IMG/VR virus record: IMGVR_UViG_3300042507_004176
Location: 1 to 36,078 of that record
DNA from: a virus
Lineage: Duplodnaviria > Caudoviricetes
Reading direction: 5' to 3' (one strand)
Length of the DNA stretch: 36,078 nt
Below, in pieces: positions 1 through 9,378 of the stretch (positions are counted from its first letter, which is position 1; every line of letters begins with the position of its first letter). The position numbers and the translations under genes were made by a program. The notes beneath the pieces are model-generated. The model made no database searches. It saw only the letters and a program-made list of their open reading frames with translations, and was not told the DNA's origin.

Positions 1-96
1 CTTCGCGCCAATCGACTTCAACGTAGACGCGCGCCGTTCCGCCCGCGCCCATGGCTACGAGGTTGCGAACGATCAAGCCTTCGCCCGCCGCCAAGA
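1..96. repeat. Terminal direct repeat, left copy (circular overlap)
   Basis: 1-96 is identical to 35983-36078, and an ORF reads through the junction. Confidence 0.97.
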
Positions 97-646
97 CGAG
101 CGGGTAGGTAGGGAACTCGGGCGCGAACTCGACATTGAAGAAGCCCTTCGGCGTCGTGATCGCCGCCGCGAGTTCCGCGAAGCCGTCGGCGGCAACCGCC
201 GACACGAGCAACCCGTTCGGCGCCGTAAGCGCGCCGGTAGTGCCGATCCGCGCGTCGCCTACGTTCGCCGTGCCGTGAGTCGTTCGCTTCTTGAAGGCGT
301 CTCCCGCAAGCGGGATCGCCGTTCCGCCCGAGTGAGGCGCAGCGTACCCGCGCGCAACGACGAGATCGAGCCCGACTTCTTGCGCCGCCGTGAAGCCCGC
401 GATCGTGCGCCATTTCGCTACGGCGCGCTCGATCACGGCGAACTTCCCGGCTTGCGTCCAACGGAACGCGAAGACGTGCCCCGCCGTCGCCGAGCCCGCC
501 GCCACGCCCGCGAGAAGCCCCGTGCCCGCCTGTAGCCGATACGCCCCGTTCGAGCCGAGATCGGCGCCGAGCGGCAACACATGAAGCGAATCTTCGGTTA
601 CCGCCGCGATACCGCCGAAGTGCCCGAGAATACGAGTGGTAGCCAC
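1..646 (-). CDS. Putative tail-associated structural protein, 221 aa, spanning the origin (646->1 then 35982->35963)
   Basis: AGGAG SD then GTG at 646 (MATTRILGHFGG...VEVDWREVDAYPQ). It ends at TGA 35963-35965, overlapping the next ATG. Missing from the ORF track. Function inferred from position after the tail tip gene. Confidence 0.8.
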   Translation of the reverse strand, partial: MATTRILGHFGGIAAVTEDSLHVLPLGADLGSNGAYRLQAGTGLLAGVAAGSATAGHVFAFRWTQAGKFAVIERAVAKWRTIAGFTAAQEVGLDLVVARGYAAPHSGGTAIPLAGDAFKKRTTHGTANVGDARIGTTGALTAPNGLLVSAVAADGFAELAAAITTPKGFFNVEFAPEFPTYPLVLAAGEGLIVRNLVAMGAGGTARVYVEVDWRE

Positions 647-656
647 GGCGGAACTC

Positions 657-2450
657 CTACGAGGTAGTACGACTATCGCGCGGCGGGTCTTCGATCAACA
701 AGAGCCGAAGCCCGATCAAGCCGTCGTCGCCCGACTCGATCTCTTCGACGAGCGCGACTTGGCGCGTGAGGTAGAGCCACGAAACCGACACAAGAACGAC
801 GTTCCCGCGTTCGAGCCACGCCCAATCCGCTTCGGGTACGAGCAGTTCGATCGTGCGCTTGGCGAAGGCGTGCGCGAGCGCTCGCCACGCGAGCACGGCG
901 TTTGCCGTGTCGTCGTCGTAGATTACGGCGCTCTCGCTCTCTTCGATGTAAACGCCCGAGTTCGGCGTTCCGTCGGTATCGCGGTAGCGACGTTGCGACG
1001 CTTCGCAATGGTACGACACGCCCGCGCCCGGCGTATCGGGGTTGTACTTGGCGCCGAGCGTCGCCGAGCCGTAGTAGTTCCCCGTGCGGAGCGAGAGCGC
1101 GTATTTCAACGAGAAGGAGTTGCGAATCTTCGAAGTGTCGTACTTGATCGTTTCGGAAACTTCGATCGCGGCGTCGCCGTCGGCGTCAATGTGCCCGATC
1201 GCGTCGGCGGCGGTAGCGTCGTGCCGCCACACGACGAAGTAAACCCCGTCGGGCCCCTTCAACACGGACACGGGCAGGATCGGTAGCAGGTTGGCGCGAA
1301 TCCAATCCCACGGCTTCACGCCAGCTTCGATCACGGCGTCGATCTTGAAGCGGTTCAAGAGCGACTTCACGGCGGCGATTCGCGGGCGATCGATCTTCAT
1401 TGACGAGAAGTTCAAGACCGCTTCGAGCACGTCACCCGCGCCCCGTACGGTGTTGCCGTCGGCGCCTTTCATGCCGCCGCCGTCTTCGTTGATCGGGTCG
1501 AACCAACCGACGAATACGGGGTTCTCGTCGCCGTTGTCGGGTTGAAAGCTGGCGTCAAGCGCCGGGGCGCCGAGCGCGTAGTAGTTGCCTACGGAGTCGG
1601 CGACGGGCCCGAAGGCGTCGGGCGCGGGCGGATCGGTAACGCGCCAATCCACATAGGCGATCTCCCGCCCCAATCCGTCGCTTCGATGCTTCACAAGGAA
1701 ACGTTCGCCGCTCGTGAAGTCGGGCGTGTTCATGTAAACGAACTCGGCCGTTACCCGGTGCCCGGCGAGCAGTACCCACAAGCCCGAGTACCCGATACCC
1801 GACACGTAGTTACCGTGCCAAATCCACACGGCCTGACTGCCCGTGATCCAACCTGAATCCGAGAGCGCGAGCGATACCTTCCCCGGGTTGCCGAAGACGA
1901 CGGGGTACGCCAAGCCCTTCTCGCTCGCGCCGAGCGTCGTGTAGTAGAAGTAGCCCGCGCCGTCGTCGTCGCCCCACGTGTCGAAGGTGACGGCGGCGGT
2001 AACGTCGGGGATCAAGCCTTGATCGTCGTAAAGGTTGTCTTCGAGCGCGAAGTTCACGGGCTCGTCTTCGGCGGCGTACTCGGGATCGCGCACGCGCCCG
2101 CGAAGCACGATCCTTCGGTCTTCGTAGTTGGTGCCTTCGATCCATTGCGAGAGCACGCCCGTAGCCGCGCCGAGATCGTGCCCTTCGGCGACGAGCTTCG
2201 GCACGTTCACCGGGAGCACGCCCGCCACCTTGACCGAAAGCAGCGAAGCGGAGTCGGCGAAGAGATCGAGCGACAAGCCGACGTTGAACGATTCGAGACA
2301 CCCGGCGTATTGCAGATCGCCGAGCTTCGAGCTTGTAACGGTCAAGTCTTCGTGCGAGCAGCGGATCACGCGCCCGGCGAAGGTGAGATCGAGCAACCAA
2401 TGAACGCGCTTACCAACGAGTTGCGCCCGGCTCCATCGGGTGACGGGCAC
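657..2450 (-). CDS. Tail tip / baseplate hub-like protein, 597 aa
   Basis: Long ORF two genes after tape measure, coupled by TAGccGTG; function from synteny. Confidence 0.65.
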   Translation of the reverse strand: MPVTRWSRAQLVGKRVHWLLDLTFAGRVIRCSHEDLTVTSSKLGDLQYAGCLESFNVGLSLDLFADSASLLSVKVAGVLPVNVPKLVAEGHDLGAATGVLSQWIEGTNYEDRRIVLRGRVRDPEYAAEDEPVNFALEDNLYDDQGLIPDVTAAVTFDTWGDDDGAGYFYYTTLGASEKGLAYPVVFGNPGKVSLALSDSGWITGSQAVWIWHGNYVSGIGYSGLWVLLAGHRVTAEFVYMNTPDFTSGERFLVKHRSDGLGREIAYVDWRVTDPPAPDAFGPVADSVGNYYALGAPALDASFQPDNGDENPVFVGWFDPINEDGGGMKGADGNTVRGAGDVLEAVLNFSSMKIDRPRIAAVKSLLNRFKIDAVIEAGVKPWDWIRANLLPILPVSVLKGPDGVYFVVWRHDATAADAIGHIDADGDAAIEVSETIKYDTSKIRNSFSLKYALSLRTGNYYGSATLGAKYNPDTPGAGVSYHCEASQRRYRDTDGTPNSGVYIEESESAVIYDDDTANAVLAWRALAHAFAKRTIELLVPEADWAWLERGNVVLVSVSWLYLTRQVALVEEIESGDDGLIGLRLLLIEDPPRDSRTTS

Positions 2451-2452
2451 GG

Positions 2453-5400
2453 CTAAACCTCTTCTTCAAGCGTGACGGTTGCCACGTTGAACAACTCGCC
2501 TGGGTTGCCCCATTCGGAGCCAAGCCGCGATTCAAGGCGCACGTTCGACACGATCCGGGCGAGCATGAACGTATTCCGATTGTTTACGACGATCGCCCCG
2601 TTGTTGTTCGGGCGATCGAAGCCCGCCAAGTAGACGACGGGCCACACGGCGCCCGACAACTGCTCGGCGACGCCTGCCACAAGGTAAGGCGTGTCGTGGG
2701 GCGAGCCGATGGCTTCGGCGCTTCCGGCCCAACCCGTCACGTAGTCGGGGCTCGGGCTCGGCTTCGTGGCTTGCGTCACGTCTACGCCATCCGTCCACGC
2801 GAGTTCAACGGTGCGCCGGGCCTTCCCGAGCTTGCGCGAGCGCCGGGTTCCGCTTCGGCTCGTCGCGAGGTTGGCGTTAGGTTCCACGCCGAGCGCCCGC
2901 CCGCGCGAGTATTGCCGCGCGAACGTCGCCACGCTCCCGATAAGCGCGGTTCCGATCTTGAAGTAGCCTTCCGCCGTTTCTTGCGCCGGGATTCGGATTC
3001 GAAGCCGAGAATAGCGCGTCGCGCCGTTGATCAACACAACTACGTCTTTGCTCCAAATCGAACCCTCTTCGAAGCCGATCGCCCCGGTCGGATCGCCGGG
3101 TTGCACGTCGTACAGTTCGATCCGAGTCGTCTTCGTGGCGACGTTCGAGAACACGCCTTCGGAGTTCGTTCGAATCTTCTTCGGAATGTTCCATTCGATC
3201 TCGTTCTCTTGCCCCGCCATGGCGAAGTAAGAATCCGCGAGCACGTGGTACGTGTACCATTGCGTCGCGCCCGCGTACACAGTCGGGAGCGGTTGCGGAA
3301 AGACGGTATCGGCCCAACGGGTGAACTTCAAGCCGGATTGCCCCGTGGCGGTATCCACGGTCGCCAGCGTTTGCCACGCCGCCCCGTCGTAACCTTCGAC
3401 GTAGAAGGTACGAAAGTTGATCTCGAAGAGCCCTACGCCGATCATCGGTTCGAGCGCGGGCGTACGCTCGTTCAAGGCGGCGTCGTACTCCAATTCGATC
3501 CGTTGGGCGCTCGTCGTCGCCACGGAGCGCCAACCACGCGCCGGGCTCGGCGACACGGCGGGAAAGACGTTCTCGATCCCGTACTCGTACCGGGTGTTCA
3601 CGTGCCATTCGTCGGCGTAGAAGGCGGGCCCGTCAACGGCGGCGATCGTCGTGCCGTCGTTGACGTAGAGCGGCGTCGGCGAGAAGTTGCGCCCTTGAAG
3701 CTCGCCGGGGTTGGATTGTCCCGAGTAGAGTTGTTGCCCCGCGTAGCTCCCATACGTGTAGCAGGCTTGGCGGAAGCGCGAATCGGTGCCGACGGCGGCG
3801 AGCATGCCCCATTGAAACTCGTTCGTGACGCCGCCGCCTTGCGTGAGCGTCGTTGACGCGCCGATCGCAACCCACGCCCGATCGGTGCCCGAGCCCGCGG
3901 GGCGATACCATGCCGCGCCCTTGCCATCGTTGCCCGGCGCCGAGTCGTTCCCCACGGCGAGCAGGATTTGAACGCCCGTCACGCCCGCCGCCGTGGCGAT
4001 CGTGGCAATGTCCGCGCCCGCGTACATGTCGCGAAGCGTGATCGCCGTCGTCGTGACGGAAACGCGAATCTCGTAGGCGACGGGCCCGGCGACGCCCGAG
4101 CGGAGTTGTGCGAATGCGGTTCCGCCCGCTACCAACACGTCAAGAAGGGCGATCATGCCCTGAGTGTTCGTGCTCGTCGGGTTCGTCGTGAGCGTATAGC
4201 TTTGCGCGTCGCCCGCGCCGCCTTGGAGCCGAAGCCCCGTGCTCGTCATGGTGACAGTAGGGGCGCCGCCGACTACGAGCGTCCACACGCCGCCCGTATC
4301 CTCGGGCAGATCGAACGGGAGCCACGTACGTTCCCACGCCACGCGCGCGGCGGGGCTCGGGAAGGCGTTCAACTGAGGTAGGCATAGGGTCGTGTACCCG
4401 CCAAGGTAGGACACGCCCAACGAGCCGTCGTCGTGCGTTTCGGGGTTGGCGTTGAACTTGTGAACGAGAACCGCCCGCCCGCCTTGCGCCGTGCCCGCGA
4501 GATCGGTAGGGCGGGTGCTCACGTCGTCGCCCCGCCACCATGCCGCGCCGTACGCGGGCGACGAGCCCGAGCCTACCGCCGCCCACGTGGCGCCGCCGTC
4601 GGTAGAGCGTTGAACGTAGCTCTCGCGGAGCGCCCCGCCGTCGAAGTCAACGCCCGCCATGTAGAACACGCCGTCTTCGTCAACCCACGACGAAAGTTCG
4701 CCCGCGTTGAAGACGAGCGGCGGGCCCGCCGCCCAACTGCCCCATTTCATAGGGTTACCGGATTGACAAGCGCGCTCGGCGGTAGCCGTCGCGAGCACTT
4801 GGTAAGCGTTGGCGATCCGCCGCTGGTACGGCACGATCACGCCCGTAGCCGTGAGATCGCGCGTCAGATAGTGAACAACGAACTGATTATTTGCGGCGAA
4901 GACGGAAGGGTACGCCGCCCACGAAGTATCGCCGGCGCCGTCCCACGAATCGACGAGATCGAACGACGAGCCGAGATCGACGGACGCCCATTGATAGAGC
5001 ACGTCGGCGCGAGCGGCGATCGATTGATCTTCAACCCAACCAACGAGCAGGATTTGCCCGTTCAAGTAGGCGACACGGAGCCTATGCGGCGTGCGGTTGA
5101 CGCCCACGCTCGTAAGTGCCGCCGAGAGACAAGCCTTGTTCGCCAAGGCCCACGACGCCCCGTTGTCGTCGGAATAGTGCATGCGAACTTGGTTCTCACT
5201 ATTCGCCGTGTCTTCCTTGAAGAAGAACGCGAGCAGGCGCCCGCTCGGGAGCGCGAGCACGGTAGCATGCGCCGCCAAGGCGAACGCCGAGCCGTTGTCG
5301 TGAATGGTGACTTCGGCCCACGCCCCGGTGACGGGGCTCCGCGAAAGGCACGTCACGTAACGCGACGACTTCTCGCACACGACGATCACGGTTCCGTCGG

Positions 5401-5788
5401 TAAGCGTGATCGCGTGCGGGTGCTTCCATTTCCCCGCCGTCGTCGTGTAGTCGTAGAACTCGAAGTATGCGAGCGCGTGGGGCCCGTCCCAACCCCGCCA
5501 CAACTCCGCGCCGCCGAGCGGGCCCGCCACGTCACGCCACGCGAACGAGCCGCCGTCGGGCTCGGGTTGCCCCGCCTTCGACGCGCGAATGCGGAGCTTG
5601 CGATCGGCGCTTTGCGTGCCCGACGACTCCAAGACCATCTCGGTTTCGCCTTGCGCTTCGGGCACGCCCGGGAGCGGGCCCGCCTGCTCGAACGACGAGC
5701 CCGCGACGTAGATCGAATCGAAGCCGAGCCGAAGATCGGGAACGAGAAGCCCGCGAAGCGCGGGTTTGGAAACGTCGATCGGCGGCAT
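2453..5788 (-). CDS. Large tail protein with BNR/Asp-box beta-propeller, 1111 aa
   Basis: Asp-boxes YSDDNGASW, RSTDGGATW, ASVDLGSSF; directly follows tape measure with a TAATG overlap. Confidence 0.75.
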   Translation of the reverse strand: MPPIDVSKPALRGLLVPDLRLGFDSIYVAGSSFEQAGPLPGVPEAQGETEMVLESSGTQSADRKLRIRASKAGQPEPDGGSFAWRDVAGPLGGAELWRGWDGPHALAYFEFYDYTTTAGKWKHPHAITLTDGTVIVVCEKSSRYVTCLSRSPVTGAWAEVTIHDNGSAFALAAHATVLALPSGRLLAFFFKEDTANSENQVRMHYSDDNGASWALANKACLSAALTSVGVNRTPHRLRVAYLNGQILLVGWVEDQSIAARADVLYQWASVDLGSSFDLVDSWDGAGDTSWAAYPSVFAANNQFVVHYLTRDLTATGVIVPYQRRIANAYQVLATATAERACQSGNPMKWGSWAAGPPLVFNAGELSSWVDEDGVFYMAGVDFDGGALRESYVQRSTDGGATWAAVGSGSSPAYGAAWWRGDDVSTRPTDLAGTAQGGRAVLVHKFNANPETHDDGSLGVSYLGGYTTLCLPQLNAFPSPAARVAWERTWLPFDLPEDTGGVWTLVVGGAPTVTMTSTGLRLQGGAGDAQSYTLTTNPTSTNTQGMIALLDVLVAGGTAFAQLRSGVAGPVAYEIRVSVTTTAITLRDMYAGADIATIATAAGVTGVQILLAVGNDSAPGNDGKGAAWYRPAGSGTDRAWVAIGASTTLTQGGGVTNEFQWGMLAAVGTDSRFRQACYTYGSYAGQQLYSGQSNPGELQGRNFSPTPLYVNDGTTIAAVDGPAFYADEWHVNTRYEYGIENVFPAVSPSPARGWRSVATTSAQRIELEYDAALNERTPALEPMIGVGLFEINFRTFYVEGYDGAAWQTLATVDTATGQSGLKFTRWADTVFPQPLPTVYAGATQWYTYHVLADSYFAMAGQENEIEWNIPKKIRTNSEGVFSNVATKTTRIELYDVQPGDPTGAIGFEEGSIWSKDVVVLINGATRYSRLRIRIPAQETAEGYFKIGTALIGSVATFARQYSRGRALGVEPNANLATSRSGTRRSRKLGKARRTVELAWTDGVDVTQATKPSPSPDYVTGWAGSAEAIGSPHDTPYLVAGVAEQLSGAVWPVVYLAGFDRPNNNGAIVVNNRNTFMLARIVSNVRLESRLGSEWGNPGELFNVATVTLEEEV

Positions 5789-7731
5789 TACGTGTAACTC
5801 CGCTCACGGTGCCCGACCCGCGTACCCTTGTTCAACTCGGTAGACAAGGGCCCGCCGAGTCGGATGTTATCCCGAATGAACTCGTTGAACTCCCGGTGTC
5901 GGTACTGGATAGGCGCGGGGCGCGCGCCCGTCGTGCTCTCGCCGTTGCGCCGCCCGGCGTTCCGATCTTCGATCGCCGTTCGCCCGCCCATGTCGGCGAC
6001 GGCGCGGCGCGACAAGACCGCTTCACCTTCGAGCAGCGTAGCCCGCACTTCGTCGGGAGCTTGCGCGGAGTACCGCCGAACTTCCGACGTGCCGACGTGA
6101 AACGACGGCTCTTGCCCGGCGATTTGCGCGATCGACACGGCGCCCGCCGCCGCCGCGATCCCGGCGCCGATCAAGCCGAACGGGCTCGGCGGCGGGGATT
6201 GCGAGATCGCGTTGATCACGGCGAGCGCTGTAGAAGCAATGGCTTCGGCGATCTTTGCCGCCTTGGCGATCTCGAACGAGCGCTTCGCGGCGTCGCGTTG
6301 CGCGTCGATCCGCTTCTTCATTTCCTTCTTCTGCCCTTCGGTCATGTTCTCTTCGTTCTCACGAAGATCGTCTTCCATGGCTCGAAGAAGGTCGGTTTGA
6401 TACCCGACGCCGAGATCGAAGAGTTGCGACGCCACGCCGAAGGCTTGTTGAAGCGTAGACGCGACGGCTTGCGCCTTGGCGATCTCGGCGTCTTGCGTCG
6501 CCTTCACGTCGGCGGCGCGCTTGGCTTGCGCGTCGGCGGCGGCTTTGTCTCGAAGCCCCTTGATCCGCTCTTCGCTCGCCCCGATGATCTGCTCTCGCGC
6601 CGTGGCGTAGGCTTGATCGGCGTCGCGCATAGCGGCGTCGTTGCCGAGCGCGGCTTCTTGCGCCTTCTGATAGCTCGCGGCGAGCGATTCGAGCGCGTGC
6701 GCCCGAGCGGCTTCTTCTTGCGCCACGCCCCGAAGGTTGCTCTCGGAAGCCGCGCGCCCCGCCGTCTCGATCGCCGAGAGCGCGTCGCGGTAGTCTTGCG
6801 CCACCTTCGCGGCGGCTTCCATGGCGGCGCGGGCTTCCGCTTCCGCCCGAGCTTGATCGCGTGCCGCTTCCGCCGCCCGGCGCTTGGCTTCCGTCGCGGC
6901 TTCCGTCGCTTCGCGGGCGTCTTCGGTCGCCTGCTTCTCTTCTTCGTGCGCGATCACAATGTCGGCAACCTTGCTCTTCGCGCCTTCGACTTCGGCTTGA
7001 AGATCGGCGTAAGCCTTCTTAGCGGCTTCGAGTTGCGGGCGAAGATCTTCGATCTGCTCGCGGTACGTCACCATGCCTTTCGCTTCGGCGGCTTTGTGCT
7101 CGAACGTGTCGAGTTGTTGCTTCAACGAGCCTACGTTGGCGTTCGCCAAGCGCAGCGACTCCGCGAACTTCTCGTCTACGTCGGCGGCGCCCTTCACGTA
7201 GTCCGCCGTCGCTTGCGACATTTGCCCTACGGCTACTTGCCATTCGATCCCGAGCCCGGCGATCGACGCCTTCGCGTCTACCGCCACGTCGGCGGCGTGT
7301 TGGATCGCGTCGGCGTTCGCCCGAATCGCGGCTTCGTGCTCTTCCGTGGCGCTCGTCACGAGATACCACGCGCCCGCCGCCAAGCCGAGCGTAGCGACGA
7401 GCCCGAGCACTACGGGGTTTAGCGCAGCGCTCGCGATTGCCGCCGCTTGCTCGCTCGCGGCAAAGACTTCTACCGCGTCGGCGGCGTCGTTGACGACGCC
7501 CGCCAAGTTCGCGGCTTCCGGCGACACGAGCGAGAGCGCCCCGCGCAACTTCGCCGAAGATTGCCCCGCCCGGCTCGCGCTCTCTTCGAGCGACTTCAAC
7601 CCGCCGCCGACGCGCTTTCCCGCGCTCTCGCCCGCCGCCGCCGTCGAAGAGAGCGCGCTATCTACGCGCTTGATCTCTTCGACGGCTTTCGATGCGTCGG
7701 CGGTAATCGAGAGCTTTACGTCTTGCGACAC
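5788..7731 (-). CDS. Tape measure protein, about 647 aa
   Basis: AAGGAG SD plus GTG at 7731; Ala/Glu/Lys-rich coiled coil with hydrophobic segments; follows the tail chaperone. Confidence 0.88.
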   Translation of the reverse strand: MSQDVKLSITADASKAVEEIKRVDSALSSTAAAGESAGKRVGGGLKSLEESASRAGQSSAKLRGALSLVSPEAANLAGVVNDAADAVEVFAASEQAAAIASAALNPVVLGLVATLGLAAGAWYLVTSATEEHEAAIRANADAIQHAADVAVDAKASIAGLGIEWQVAVGQMSQATADYVKGAADVDEKFAESLRLANANVGSLKQQLDTFEHKAAEAKGMVTYREQIEDLRPQLEAAKKAYADLQAEVEGAKSKVADIVIAHEEEKQATEDAREATEAATEAKRRAAEAARDQARAEAEARAAMEAAAKVAQDYRDALSAIETAGRAASESNLRGVAQEEAARAHALESLAASYQKAQEAALGNDAAMRDADQAYATAREQIIGASEERIKGLRDKAAADAQAKRAADVKATQDAEIAKAQAVASTLQQAFGVASQLFDLGVGYQTDLLRAMEDDLRENEENMTEGQKKEMKKRIDAQRDAAKRSFEIAKAAKIAEAIASTALAVINAISQSPPPSPFGLIGAGIAAAAGAVSIAQIAGQEPSFHVGTSEVRRYSAQAPDEVRATLLEGEAVLSRRAVADMGGRTAIEDRNAGRRNGESTTGARPAPIQYRHREFNEFIRDNIRLGGPLSTELNKGTRVGHRERSYT

Positions 7732-7753
7732 CGGGGCACTCCTTCGGGGTACT

Positions 7754-7987
7754 CTATCGCTTCTTCGCCGCCGCCGCACGAAGATCCGCGATACGCCGAT
7801 CGAACTCGGCGCGCTTCTGCTCGCGGGTTTGCGCCTTCTTCGGGCGGGTTAGGGCATCCCAATCCGCCAAGTAGATCGCTTGCTCTTCGCGGGGCAACCC
7901 GAAGAACCAACCGAGATCACGTCGCCAATGGTGCGCGACTCGAAGGACTACGTGATCGAAGTGTCCCCGGTCGCCTTCGAGAAATCC
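7754..7987 (-). CDS. Tail assembly chaperone frameshift extension (T-like)
   Basis: -1 frame ORF (FLEGDRGHFDHVVLRVAHHW...) with no SD-linked start of its own, entered at G GAT TTC (7987-7981). Confidence 0.7.
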   Translation of the reverse strand, partial: GFLEGDRGHFDHVVLRVAHHWRRDLGWFFGLPREEQAIYLADWDALTRPKKAQTREQKRAEFDRRIADLRAAAAKKR

Positions 7988-8361
7988 CGGGCTTCGGCTA
8001 CCTCGGCACGCGACGGCGGAAGCAGGGCGGCGATCGCGTTGAAGACCGGCACGCTTGCGGCGAGAAGCGCGTTCTCGTCGTAGCCCCGTTCGAGCAGGCG
8101 ATCGAGCGCTTCCGCGCCGAACTCGAACCAATCGTACCCGAATGCGCCGGGATCGAGCCCGTCACGATTGGCGGGCCCGCGAAGCAGTTCGAGCCCCGGC
8201 ACGGTGAAGGCGAGGATCGCCGCCGCCCCGCGAAGGTTGGCGCGTACCCAACATGTCGCGAGTTCGCGGCGCTCGGCGTGTCGCCGGGGCAGTTGTACGG
8301 GGAAACTCGCGCCGCCAAGGTTGACGACGAGAGCCGGCTTCGTGGTAGCCTGCTCGTTCAT
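7948..8361 (-). CDS. Tail assembly chaperone (G-like), 137 aa
   Basis: Lies between tail tube and tape measure; GGAG SD; slippery site near the 3' end. Confidence 0.8.
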   Translation of the reverse strand: MNEQATTKPALVVNLGGASFPVQLPRRHAERRELATCWVRANLRGAAAILAFTVPGLELLRGPANRDGLDPGAFGYDWFEFGAEALDRLLERGYDENALLAASVPVFNAIAALLPPSRAEVAEARDFSKATGDTSIT

Positions 8362-8382
8362 GGTAGAGACTCCGAGTTGAGA

Positions 8383-8889
8383 CTACGCCGGGCCTTGGCG
8401 ATCGTACCCGCCGTAGATTTCGAGCTTGATCGTGATCTTGTTCCGATCGCCTTCCTTGAAATCCCACGTTTCAAGCACCTTGTAGAGCGTGAGCGTGTGA
8501 TCGGCCGACTCGCCATAGTTGACGCCTTGCGACACGAACTCGTAGGTTCCTACGGAGAACTCGAAGTTCGCGCCGCCCGTCGAAACCGCCGACGCCCACG
8601 CGCCCGACCATTCGATCACGTCGATCGGGTTGGCGTCGGCGCCCGGCGCGCTCGGCGTGCCGCTCGCGAACTGACGCATATCGACGGTGAACGACGCGGT
8701 AAGAACGGGGTTGTTGCCCTTCCGCACGCCCACGATCTCGCCCCGGTCGTAGACGACGGTACGAGCAGCGCGTTCGCCGCCGAACGAGAAGTCTCCGTCT
8801 TCATACGAGAACTCGAAGGTAAGCCCCGAAGCATCCTTCTTCGTCACCTTGCCGTTGCGGAACGTCTTCGAGATTTCGGATTCGGCCAT
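8383..8889 (-). CDS. Major tail (tube) protein, 168 aa
   Basis: AGGAG SD; beta-rich; position before chaperone and tape measure. Confidence 0.7.
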   Translation of the reverse strand: MAESEISKTFRNGKVTKKDASGLTFEFSYEDGDFSFGGERAARTVVYDRGEIVGVRKGNNPVLTASFTVDMRQFASGTPSAPGADANPIDVIEWSGAWASAVSTGGANFEFSVGTYEFVSQGVNYGESADHTLTLYKVLETWDFKEGDRNKITIKLEIYGGYDRQGPA

Positions 8890-8901
8890 GGTGACGCGCT
8901 C

Positions 8902-9375
8902 CTAAGTGAGAGTCGCCGTAACCGTATCGCTCGCCTTGTTGGCACGAACGCGACGGGGCGGGGCGGGATCGTTCATTGCGGCGACTATAGCAGCCGTCAA
9001 GGCGTCGCGCAAGGCGGGAATATCGGTTGTCAAGGCGTCTTCGAACGCCAAGACGTACTCGGGCGTAGCGCCCTTCGAGCGCGCCACGTATTGAACGTAA
9101 GCCTTGTCGCCGTAGTAGCTCCGCGCGTCGTCGTAGACGGTGAGCGTGATCGGATCCGTGTTGCTCGTCAGGGTGCGCTTCCAACCTGCCCGCGAGCGCC
9201 CGCGCTTGTCCTTCGGGGCGCTCTCGTACTTCCAACCAACCCAACGGGCCTTGATCTTACGAACGAGTTGATCGCCGCCGTCGCGGAGTATCTTCAACTC
9301 GGCGGCGTTCAACCGGCGTTGAAGCTCGGGCAGATCGAGCGTGCTCGTCATGGAAACGGCGAAGCGATCGGCCAT
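8902..9375 (-). CDS. Neck / tail-completion protein, HK97 gp10-like paralog 2
   Basis: Synteny; shares YVQYVxR with the upstream gene. Confidence 0.5.
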   Translation of the reverse strand: MADRFAVSMTSTLDLPELQRRLNAAELKILRDGGDQLVRKIKARWVGWKYESAPKDKRGRSRAGWKRTLTSNTDPITLTVYDDARSYYGDKAYVQYVARSKGATPEYVLAFEDALTTDIPALRDALTAAIVAAMNDPAPPRRVRANKASDTVTATLT

Positions 9376-9378
9376 GCG

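Noticed and set aside
1636-1644. Partial GTAACGCGC box in the tail tip gene
   Set aside because: Only 9 of 11 bases, no promoter context, plausible by chance
657-5788. Diversity-generating retroelement or invertible tail cassette
   Set aside because: No reverse transcriptase, recombinase or TR/VR repeat pair seen
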